Positions 1 through 7,558 of a stretch of 64,000 nucleotides of DNA are shown here, piece after piece (position 1 is the stretch's first letter; each line of letters opens with the position of its first letter). This DNA is from an uncultured bacterium (GTDB taxonomy: Bacteria > Bacteroidota > Bacteroidia > Chitinophagales > UBA10324), in assembly GCA_963977675.1 (NCBI GenBank), contig CAXBPY010000003.1:9216-73215 (forward strand). Reading direction: 5' to 3'. The notes under the pieces were generated by a model, which was not told the DNA's origin, ran no database searches, and saw only the letters and a program-made list of their open reading frames with translations. The position numbers and the translations under genes are program-made.

Positions 1-286
1 TTCGCAATGAATCTTCTCCGAAATTTTGTTGCACAAAAACTCCTGCCTTAAATGTTACATGATCTGTTGCCTTGAATTCGACGGCAGGTTGAACAATACT
101 TCCAAACAAGGTGTAACCCTCCATGATAGGAGAGAAATATTCATAATCCCTGAGGTAGTTGAAATTGTAAAGAGAGAGCGAGAACTTTTTCTTAAATGTA
201 GAATCAGTTTGAGAAAAAGAATTTTCGCTCTGAAAAAAAACAATGCCCGCTGTCAGCAGCAGGCATTGAAAGGTTTTCTTCAACAT
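1..286 (-). CDS. hypothetical secreted protein, N-terminal part (gene continues beyond the left edge)
   Basis: My own minus-strand translation starts at the ATG at 286-284 and reads MLKKTFQCLLLTAGIVFFQSENSFSQTDSTFKKKFSLSLYNFNYLRDYEYFSPIMEGYTLFGSIVQPAVEFKATDHVTFKAGVFVQQNFGEDSLR. It stays open to position 1 and has a signal-peptide-like N-terminus. The start lies 21 nt after the stop of the upstream gene. It is absent from the ORF track because no stop falls in the window. Confidence 0.5.
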   Translation of the reverse strand, partial: MLKKTFQCLLLTAGIVFFQSENSFSQTDSTFKKKFSLSLYNFNYLRDYEYFSPIMEGYTLFGSIVQPAVEFKATDHVTFKAGVFVQQNFGEDSLR

Positions 287-307
287 CTGAAATTTATTCA
301 GCAGAAA

Positions 308-1861
308 TTATTGCTTGATGAATTTCATATTGGTATATGAATCATCATTATTCAGGCGCAACATGTAAATTCCTTTTGCAAGATTGCTGATATTTAGTGT
401 TTGGGTTTTTTCATTTTCAATTTTTCCTTCCAAAACTATTTTCCCGGTAACATCCATCACACTGTACGAATCAAATTTTTCATTCATCCAGATAAGCAGT
501 TTATCATTTGCTGGATTTGGAATCAACTTCACATTTCCATTACTGAAAATATTCTTGACACTGTTCGGATCATTGTCATTTATATAAATGCGGCAAGTAT
601 CAATTACACCCAGTAAAGCCCCATTCGTTGGATTAGAAAGGATTAATGCAAAAAACTCAAGCGGTTCATCCAATACATCGTCATTGATATCATAGACAGC
701 AAACTTGGCAGTCTGATCACCACTGGGCCAGGTAAGAGTTGTATCAGAAAAAGTGTAATCTACACCACCACCAGTGGCTGTTCCCAAACCTGTTATTGCA
801 CTGACATCAATACTGGTTGCGTTTGGAGTACCTGCGCCTGCAAACAAATCAAGCTGAGCAAAGTATTGTGAAATATTTTCTTCAACTGTGTCGGCAGAAA
901 CCAGGAACCGAATCTGAATTGGGTTAGCCTGATCATCATCAAGAATAGTTACAGTTTCCTGTGCAACAGAAATGGCTGCACTATTGGTAGCATTTGAAAG
1001 GTTTACAAAAAATGTTTCATCACCTTCAACAGCAGCATCATCGGTTATTGTAATATTCACTGACTGCGTGGCAGAGGAATTAGCCGGGAAAGTAACTGTC
1101 ACCGGATTGGGTGTTAATTGATAATCTACACCGGAAGTTGCGGTAATATCTGCAGTTGAAAGTTGAACTGTTGTTGGGTTGTTATTGGGATTCGAAATTC
1201 CAATTTGAATTGTAACCGGCCCAAATGGCTCACCAACCGATTGAGTAACACTTATTAAGTGAACATCAGGATTGGTTGATACAGAACATGGATTCATTGT
1301 GTGGCTTCCGAGGTGCGAGAAATCATTTACAGCATAAACATCCCATTCATTAGCTCCGGCTGCCCAATCATATTGACCATTATTTACACTTGCCATACGC
1401 ACCAAAGTATGATTCAAGGTAGATCCTGAGCCAACCGTCCATCCATTAAGTCCAGGATCAACACCTAAAACTCCAATGCGATCAATTGTGTCATTAGTAG
1501 CTGTATCAATTAAGGCAATGGCATCATTCCCATTGAACGAAATTCCAGCGTTGGTAAGATTTGCAACGGCAAGTATTGCCGAATCCGCAGATGAATGACA
1601 AGCCACATAAACACCATTAGAAGCAAGTGAACCGGATAAATAAAAAGATTGAAATGAACTACCTCCATTAAATGAAATCATGATTTTATAATTTGTCAGA
1701 TCAATAGCTCCTGAAGTAGGGTTGTAAATTTCAAGTGCCTTATTATTCGAAGTTCCTTTAATATATTCTGAGAAGAATAAATCACTGCACGGTGCTGGAT
1801 TTTGAGCAAGAGCTAAAAGAGAAATGAAACCAAAAACAAGTGTTGTAAAAATTTTTTTCAT
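308..1861 (-). CDS. secreted protein with a lamin-tail-like (LTD) domain, two Calx-beta-like repeats and a T9SS C-terminal sorting domain
   Basis: Signal peptide MKKIFTTLVFGFISLLALAQ. The N-terminal CSDLFFSEYIKGTSNNKALEIYNPT is typical of LTD domains. The VDYQL...VTFPANSSATQSVNITITDDAAVEGDETFFVNLSN and GVDYTFSDTTLTWPSGDQTAKFAVYDINDDVLDEPLEFFALILSN segments look like Calx-beta repeats. The C-terminus LIPNPANDKLLI...GIYMLRLNNDD...KFIKQ looks like a T9SS CTD. Confidence 0.8.
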   Translation of the reverse strand: MKKIFTTLVFGFISLLALAQNPAPCSDLFFSEYIKGTSNNKALEIYNPTSGAIDLTNYKIMISFNGGSSFQSFYLSGSLASNGVYVACHSSADSAILAVANLTNAGISFNGNDAIALIDTATNDTIDRIGVLGVDPGLNGWTVGSGSTLNHTLVRMASVNNGQYDWAAGANEWDVYAVNDFSHLGSHTMNPCSVSTNPDVHLISVTQSVGEPFGPVTIQIGISNPNNNPTTVQLSTADITATSGVDYQLTPNPVTVTFPANSSATQSVNITITDDAAVEGDETFFVNLSNATNSAAISVAQETVTILDDDQANPIQIRFLVSADTVEENISQYFAQLDLFAGAGTPNATSIDVSAITGLGTATGGGVDYTFSDTTLTWPSGDQTAKFAVYDINDDVLDEPLEFFALILSNPTNGALLGVIDTCRIYINDNDPNSVKNIFSNGNVKLIPNPANDKLLIWMNEKFDSYSVMDVTGKIVLEGKIENEKTQTLNISNLAKGIYMLRLNNDDSYTNMKFIKQ

Positions 1862-1980
1862 TATGAAAAGTGTTTTCGCAAATGTAAAAGGAAAATCGAA
1901 CTGTGACTTTTCATCTTAATCGCATAATCCGCTTATGAAAAATTCCATCTTGCTAGATTTAATACAATTATTTTTCAGAC

Positions 1981-2691
1981 ATGAAAAAACACTTAACAGT
2001 AATTTTCTTATTGGTGAGTCTGATTTCTTGTAAACAGGATAAGTGGCCCTGCCTTCATTCAAAAGGAGATTTCCTGATTAAGACTGTGGATGTTACAGGA
2101 TTTACAAAAATTGATTTGCAGATGAAGGCAAAGGTTATTGTGAGGCAAGGCACAGAATACTCAGTTGAAGTAAGTGCATCAGAAAATCAGATTGAAAAGA
2201 TAATGGTGAAAAAAAATGGAGAAGCAATCAGCATTTATTCCAAAAGATGCCTCGGAGATAATCCGAACATTACTGTAACGGTGATTATGCCTGAGCTTAA
2301 TTCGCTTTCCGTTTCAGGCGAAGGCATAATAGATGTACCGGATTCTTTTAAATGCACAGCAGTGGACTTAAATGTGAGTGGGAGCGGAGATATTCTTTCC
2401 CATATAATTTCACAAACCATGAATTCATCCATTACCGGCAGCGGTTCAATCGTTGTCAATGGTTCATCTGAAAGTTTGGATATTGCGATTGCAGGTTCAG
2501 GAGATTTTCATGGATTTGGATGCGCAGCTAATTCTTGCGCGGTAAATATCAGCGGCTCTGGCAGTGCAGAAGTAAATGTATATAATGATCTATCAGTGGA
2601 TATAAGTGGCAGTGGCGATGTTTATTATCTGAGCCATCCAAATCTTCAGGTGAACATCAGCGGAACAGGAAAAGTGATTGATAGTAATTAA
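1981..2691 (+). CDS. DUF2807 / head GIN domain-containing lipoprotein
   Basis: Lipoprotein signal LVSLISC. Repeated (V/I)SGSG(D/S) beta-strand units (VSGEGIIDV, VSGSGDIL, ITGSGSIVV, IAGSGDF, ISGSGSAEV, ISGSGDVYY, ISGTGKV) are typical of DUF2807. Confidence 0.75.
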   Translation: MKKHLTVIFLLVSLISCKQDKWPCLHSKGDFLIKTVDVTGFTKIDLQMKAKVIVRQGTEYSVEVSASENQIEKIMVKKNGEAISIYSKRCLGDNPNITVTVIMPELNSLSVSGEGIIDVPDSFKCTAVDLNVSGSGDILSHIISQTMNSSITGSGSIVVNGSSESLDIAIAGSGDFHGFGCAANSCAVNISGSGSAEVNVYNDLSVDISGSGDVYYLSHPNLQVNISGTGKVIDSN

Positions 2692-2698
2692 GAATTAT

Positions 2699-3160
2699 TT
2701 ATTCTTCTATCTCTACGCCATCAGCCTTAAAGCTGACTTCGATTTTTGGTTCAATAATATTGTGAATCGAATCCTGTGTCCAGCCATTATCCCTGCCTTC
2801 CTGCCTCAGCTCATCTACTGTAGTAGTATCCAGATATGAATAGCCATGAACAAAAACATTTTTTCCTTCAATGTCTCTTGGCACAAAAAATTTTTTATCC
2901 CAATCTACATATAAGCCATTTCCATTTCCTGATTCCAATCTAAACCAACAACCTTCACCCTTACAAACTTTTAATATTTTTCCTTTTACAGTTATGTCTT
3001 TCGAAGGAGATTGGGAAATTAATGTAGGAATATCTACAGCACTAGTCTTGTCAATTTCTACTCCGAAAATATTTTTCTTTTGAAACTGACAAGAAAAAAT
3101 AAAAGTCAGAACAATAAGGGTGATTGCAGCAGGTGAATTTTTTTGGTTGTAAAATTTCAT
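2699..3160 (-). CDS. DUF4920 domain-containing lipoprotein
   Basis: Signal or lipoprotein N-terminus (IFSC). VKGKILKVCKGEGCWFRLESGNGNGLYVDWDKKFFVPRDIEGKNVFVHGY matches the DUF4920 pattern as I remember it. Confidence 0.65.
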   Translation of the reverse strand: MKFYNQKNSPAAITLIVLTFIFSCQFQKKNIFGVEIDKTSAVDIPTLISQSPSKDITVKGKILKVCKGEGCWFRLESGNGNGLYVDWDKKFFVPRDIEGKNVFVHGYSYLDTTTVDELRQEGRDNGWTQDSIHNIIEPKIEVSFKADGVEIEE

Positions 3161-3171
3161 ATATCAGTTTT

Positions 3172-3780
3172 TTATTGACCAAGAATTGCTAATGCCTTCG
3201 ACCAGTCTAATTTATATGCAGCCGCAGTAAATGCATCTGAGTCTTTAAATCCGTCACCTGAAATAATGAGAAAAGTGGTTCCAGCTGCTATCTGAATATC
3301 GCCTGAAGCCGATTCAAGATCCCAGGTCATTAAAGCTTTTCTTTCATTGATGTAAATTATTTTTTGAACCTGCTCCGGATTATTTTCCGGAGTCCATGAA
3401 TCAATTGCGGTTTTGATGTTGGTGGCAGTGGCAGTGTTGCTGACAATATTTAATAGCAGTGTAGAATTGTCATTACCTAAATACTCCCGCGAAACATTTA
3501 CACTCGCACAAGGCAGATCGCCACCCGGCACTCCATTCATATCTGACTCAAGATCGGCTGAAAGATCTCCGGCGGTTTTGGGTAAGGCATCTAACACTTG
3601 TTGGCCAATCTGATTGTTAATCTCGGTTACCGCGCTTTGCAATGATTTCTGCGCGTCTAATAATTTTTTTTGATTGTATTGTTCAGTTGCATTCTTCAGC
3701 GATAACTGAACAGCATCCTGGGCAAAAAGATTTTGTGAGAAAACAAAAACTGAAACAAAAATTATGATTACTGGTTTCAT
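3172..3780 (-). CDS. hypothetical secreted protein
   Basis: The ORF in the track runs 3172..3801, but that start is a TTG. The first ATG (3780) gives MKPVIIIFVSVFVFSQNLFAQ, a clean signal peptide. I recognise no family. Confidence 0.55.
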   Translation of the reverse strand: MKPVIIIFVSVFVFSQNLFAQDAVQLSLKNATEQYNQKKLLDAQKSLQSAVTEINNQIGQQVLDALPKTAGDLSADLESDMNGVPGGDLPCASVNVSREYLGNDNSTLLLNIVSNTATATNIKTAIDSWTPENNPEQVQKIIYINERKALMTWDLESASGDIQIAAGTTFLIISGDGFKDSDAFTAAAYKLDWSKALAILGQ

Positions 3781-3909
3781 GCGGGTTATTAATTTTTCCA
3801 AAAGAAAACTTTGCTTTTCAAAGTGTAAAAAAATCTAACTGACATTTTACAGTCTCAGTGACTTTAAACTGAACGATTATTTTAGCGCCCTTAAAAAATT
3901 ATTGAACAA

Positions 3910-4620
3910 ATGGGAAGAATATTTCAAACTCGTAAGGCAACCATTTTCGCCCGCAATGACAGGGTTTCAAAGGCGTTTACCAAAATAGGAAAAGAGATAG
4001 CTATTGCCGTGAAACTGGGCGGCGGAAACCCGGAGAGTAATCCGAGATTAAGAACCGCGATGCAAAATGCAAAGGGCGTAAGTATGCCAAAGGATAAAGT
4101 TGAAGCAGCAATCAAGCGGGCCACTAACAAAGAGGAAAAAAGCCTTGAAGAATCAGTGTACGAAGGATATGCCCCACATGGTGTTGCCTTAATGATTGAA
4201 TGTGCTACCGATAATCCGACAAGGACAATTGCCAATCTGCGATTGATCATGAGTAAGGGTAACGGAAGCATTGGCTCACAAGGTTCTGTTGGATTTATTT
4301 TCGATAGGAAAGGAGTTTTTAAACTGGATAAAACAAAAGTGAATCTTGAAGAAGTGGAACTTGACCTGATTGATCTGGGTGCTGAGGATATACAGACCGA
4401 TGACGAAAATATTATCATCACTACTGCATTCTCTGATTTTGGAAAAATGCAAAAAGGATTGGAAGAAAAAAATATAGAAGCACGGAGCTCCGAGCTTCAG
4501 CGAATTCCGAATAATTATAAAGAGGGATTAAGCGATGCTGACGAAGAAGATGTGGCCAAGCTCATTGAGGCGCTCGAAGATGATGATGATGTGCAGAATG
4601 TGTTTCACAATCTGAAATAA
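3910..4620 (+). CDS. yebC: YebC/PmpR family DNA-binding transcriptional regulator
   Basis: MGRIFQTRKATIFARNDRVSKAFTKIGKEIAIAVKLGGGNPESNPRLR and YEGYAPHGVALMIECATDN are hallmark YebC/TACO1 segments. The length of 236 aa fits. Confidence 0.92.
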   Translation: MGRIFQTRKATIFARNDRVSKAFTKIGKEIAIAVKLGGGNPESNPRLRTAMQNAKGVSMPKDKVEAAIKRATNKEEKSLEESVYEGYAPHGVALMIECATDNPTRTIANLRLIMSKGNGSIGSQGSVGFIFDRKGVFKLDKTKVNLEEVELDLIDLGAEDIQTDDENIIITTAFSDFGKMQKGLEEKNIEARSSELQRIPNNYKEGLSDADEEDVAKLIEALEDDDDVQNVFHNLK

Positions 4621-4622
4621 GA

Positions 4623-5093
4623 TTATCCTTTTGCTTTCTTCATTGGAAATTCTTCTGACTTGAATTTTCCATTTCTGATTCCTTCAATCTTAGCAAGAAG
4701 TTGTTGATCAGTTTCTAATGTGTAAATGATTCGTTGAGGATAGTCGTGCCAGATATTTTCAGCAGTGAATGAATTCTTTTTCCAAAACACAATCCGGAAC
4801 TCTACGGTATCAATTTCATTCTGATCTCTCAATGATGGAACATAATATGCGGCGCCGTTTCTGATTTTTAATTCAATTGTTTCTGAAATTGTTTTTTTTC
4901 CTTTCGGACTTAAAATATATGATGTGGCAGAAAGTGTGCTGTCATCTGAAAAAACCCAGTCTTCGTGCAATGAATTTTTTCCGATTTGGATTTCCCAGTT
5001 TCCAATTATCCAATCAAACTGATGAATTGAAATTTGTTGAGAAAAACTTTGAAAAGAAATCAGGATAAATAAAAGAGGGGCTAATCTTTTCAT
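4623..5093 (-). CDS. hypothetical secreted protein (lipocalin-like, possibly DUF6265-type)
   Basis: Signal peptide MKRLAPLLFILISFQSFSQ. It contains W..GNWE and EDW motifs. The family assignment is tentative. Confidence 0.5.
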   Translation of the reverse strand: MKRLAPLLFILISFQSFSQQISIHQFDWIIGNWEIQIGKNSLHEDWVFSDDSTLSATSYILSPKGKKTISETIELKIRNGAAYYVPSLRDQNEIDTVEFRIVFWKKNSFTAENIWHDYPQRIIYTLETDQQLLAKIEGIRNGKFKSEEFPMKKAKG

Positions 5094-5182
5094 TTATGAT
5101 CGTAATAGTAATTCAAAATTTATTTTAATGAATGCTATCGAACACTCTATTTCATTTCAATACTATAAATTGAGAATGATAT

Positions 5183-5213
5183 AAAATAAAACAGACTCAT
5201 TTCTGAGTCTGTT
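5183..5213 (-). terminator. rho-independent terminator after the His-rich lipoprotein gene
   Basis: A 9-bp stem pairs AACAGACTC (5190-5198) with GAGTCTGTT (5205-5213) around a 6-nt loop. On the minus strand it is followed by TTATTTTAT, and it lies 40 nt after the stop at 5253. Confidence 0.7.
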
Positions 5214-5252
5214 AAAAAACAAATTAAATGAAAGTACTAAAGAACGAAATCG

Positions 5253-5777
5253 TTATCGAACAGTTGTAGGGTTGACAACGGTAAGCTGGATGTTGTAAAT
5301 AGTTTTGTTTATAGCATGTTGATCATCTTTATCATGATCATGCTCACCCATTTCTCCATGGTGGTGCCCGTCATGATGAAATTCGCCATCGGCATTATTA
5401 TGATCATTGTGATGATTGCAGCCATTGTGTTCGCTGTCATTTTCATTATCGTCGATTGTTATCTGAATTGACTCCTGACCAACAAAACCTGAAGCAGAAG
5501 CGTAGCTGTAATTAATGGTAACAGGCTTCTCATTCGGGGATGATGAAGGAGACGAAATTTTTTCAGTTTCGCTTTTGGAAAAATTATTTGCTTGTTTGGT
5601 AATTGTCACGGATTGATTATCAGAAAAATCACCAAGATTTACGGAATAAGTTTCACCACTCCGGATGGTAGCGCTAATATTTTTGTAAGTGGTGGTTCCT
5701 GTTAACTGTTGTTTTTGGCAAGAAGCAAATGCAAGCACAATAAGAAATGAAGCAACTGAAAAAATTTTTGTTTTCAT
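5253..5777 (-). CDS. histidine-rich lipoprotein (putative metal-binding), hypothetical
   Basis: Lipoprotein signal LAFASC. The C-terminal half SEHNGCNHHNDHNNADGEFHHDGHHHGEMGEHDHDKDDQH is extremely His/Asp-rich. Confidence 0.6.
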   Translation of the reverse strand: MKTKIFSVASFLIVLAFASCQKQQLTGTTTYKNISATIRSGETYSVNLGDFSDNQSVTITKQANNFSKSETEKISSPSSSPNEKPVTINYSYASASGFVGQESIQITIDDNENDSEHNGCNHHNDHNNADGEFHHDGHHHGEMGEHDHDKDDQHAINKTIYNIQLTVVNPTTVR

Positions 5778-5885
5778 TTTAAAATTTAATTAGTGATTCA
5801 AACTTAAATGACTTAACTCAACTTCTTTGAGAATATTTCATCAGTGGCATTTCGTTGCGGCGAATGGGTTGAATGTGTAGGCAGT

Positions 5886-6410
5886 TTAGTGCTGACGAAA
5901 AAATTCCCATAACACAATTCCAACAGTAACAGAAATATTGAATGAGTGCTTCGTTCCGAACTGCGGAATCTCAATTGCAGAATCTATCATCGGAAGAATT
6001 TCTTCGCTCACACCTTTTACTTCATTGCCAAACACCAATGCAATTTTTTCTTCTGCATTGAAAAAAAATTTCTCCAGCGAAATGCTTTTATCAATCTGTT
6101 CAATGGCAATGATTTTATACTCCGCATTTTTTAATTCCTGAATTGCTTCACTCGTTGAAGGAAAATATTTCCACTCAACAGATTGCTCAGCGCCAAGTGA
6201 AGTTTTTAAGAGCTCACGATTTGGTGGTGAGGCAGTGATTCCACAACAAAATATTTTCTCCACTGCAAATGCATCGGCAGTTCTGAAAACACTGCCTGCA
6301 TTGTAAGCGCTGCGTACATTGTCGAGCACAATTACAATTTTATTTTTCGTCTTTATTCGAAAAGTATTTATGCTTTCTCTTCCCAGTTCTTCATTTAAAA
6401 TTTTTCGCAT
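5886..6410 (-). CDS. TrmH/SpoU family RNA 2'-O-methyltransferase
   Basis: LDNVRSAYNAGSVFRTADAF, LVFGNEVKGVSEE and IPQFGTKHSFNISVTVGIVLWE match SpoU methylase motifs 1-3. The track start at 6413 is a TTG and the ATG is at 6410. Confidence 0.85.
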   Translation of the reverse strand: MRKILNEELGRESINTFRIKTKNKIVIVLDNVRSAYNAGSVFRTADAFAVEKIFCCGITASPPNRELLKTSLGAEQSVEWKYFPSTSEAIQELKNAEYKIIAIEQIDKSISLEKFFFNAEEKIALVFGNEVKGVSEEILPMIDSAIEIPQFGTKHSFNISVTVGIVLWEFFRQH

Positions 6411-6435
6411 CAATTTTTTATTTGAAAATATTTTT

Positions 6436-7422
6436 TTAGTTGTTGTGATACAAGCTATAGTATGCTTCTACATTATCTAAGTAAGTGCCATCGAAACCGG
6501 CATCAATAATTTTTTTGATATAGGAATTATTGTTTCCGAAAATGTTGTCTCGCCATTGCTGGTTCCAGAATTCTACCCACACTTCATCAGGATAGCCATT
6601 GTATTTTTTTTTCAGCCACGATGGGTTGTGAACTTTCCAATCGCTCTGCCAGTAGTAGCGATATTTTTCTGCAGACCCAATACTGATGTATGAAATCACC
6701 AGTCGTTTTCCGCCATTGAGTTTTGTTTTAATTGAATCTACTTCTTGTGCAGTGAAAGAAGTGTTCGTGTCAGAAAACAAATCAATCAGCACCAAATCAA
6801 AATTCGTGTTACGGATGGCCTGAATCATGCTGTGCTTGTTATTACTGTAGTTGTCCGAACTAATGAGGTACAAATAATTTTTTACTTGCGAAATCGAATC
6901 AATGTCGTTCGCATTTTCATTCACAATTGTGTTTGGAATTTTGAGGTAATCATAATCATCGGTTTCTCGAACAAACGGAATGAAATGTTCAGCCGTATCA
7001 CTTGCAACCACTGCAGAAATTTTGGAATTATTATTTACAAACTCTGAAACAAAGCAAGGCTTCAGTTTCACAAGTTCCTCTAGCATTTGTTTGCGTTCAT
7101 CATCTGTTTTCAGTTCTCCATTTGAGTTCGTGAAAACTTCTTCGTTTCCAAAGGCATCAACTGCATTTAAGTAAGCGACACTAATTCCGGAATTAATATC
7201 CGTGTTGTTGAAAGCCAGCTCAACTCCATTCTGCGGAATGATGATGAAATGAGGGTTCTGTGCCTTTGCATAGTTTGAAATGTCTATTACAAATTGCTGC
7301 ATTTGTTGTGCTGCTTCATCTGTCTTTTTGTTTTTCCCGCAGGAAGTGATAGCAACAAGCAAAAGGAAACGAAAGATTGCACTCAGATTTTTAGCAACAA
7401 TTTCAACTTTCATTTTTGTCAT
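6436..7422 (-). CDS. GH114-like endo-alpha-1,4-polygalactosaminidase / TM1410-family putative glycoside hydrolase (lipoprotein)
   Basis: Lipoprotein signal VAITSC. The segment ISYISIGSAEKYRYYWQSDW...YPDEVWVEFWNQQWRDNIF...IIDAGFDGTYLDNVEAY resembles the COG2342/GH114 signature. Confidence 0.65.
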   Translation of the reverse strand: MTKMKVEIVAKNLSAIFRFLLLVAITSCGKNKKTDEAAQQMQQFVIDISNYAKAQNPHFIIIPQNGVELAFNNTDINSGISVAYLNAVDAFGNEEVFTNSNGELKTDDERKQMLEELVKLKPCFVSEFVNNNSKISAVVASDTAEHFIPFVRETDDYDYLKIPNTIVNENANDIDSISQVKNYLYLISSDNYSNNKHSMIQAIRNTNFDLVLIDLFSDTNTSFTAQEVDSIKTKLNGGKRLVISYISIGSAEKYRYYWQSDWKVHNPSWLKKKYNGYPDEVWVEFWNQQWRDNIFGNNNSYIKKIIDAGFDGTYLDNVEAYYSLYHNN

Positions 7423-7495
7423 AACTCATCACAAGGATAAGATTTTTGAAATGAGGAATTCAGCTTGGTGATAACTTGTTGATTTCATTTTCATC

Positions 7496-7527
7496 TTCAA
7501 ATTTTCAAACTTTCAAATCTCCAAATC
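7496..7527. repeat. imperfect octamer tandem tract (TTCAAATT TTCAAACT TTCAAATC TCCAAATC) in the mutS leader
   Basis: CAAA recurs at 7498, 7506, 7514 and 7522. The tract ends 32 nt before the mutS start. The 16-mer TTTCAAATCTCCAAAT (7511-7526) is identical to 20400-20415. Confidence 0.8.
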
Positions 7528-7558
7528 GGACTATTTTGCCCACCCAATCCAAACCAAT

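Noticed and set aside
231-268. A hairpin (CAATGCC…GGCATTG) plus a T-run on the minus strand that looks like a terminator for the 308..1861 gene
   Set aside because: It lies inside the signal-peptide coding region (…QCLLLTAGIVFFQ…) of the downstream minus-strand gene, which starts at 286. The T-run encodes Phe-Phe. I could not support calling it a functional terminator.
26-340. Track ORFs 26..340 (+) and 55..243 (-) at the left edge
   Set aside because: Both overlap a better candidate in a third frame: the minus-strand gene 1..286, which has a clean signal peptide and runs to the window edge. Their sequences are low-complexity and have no recognisable features.
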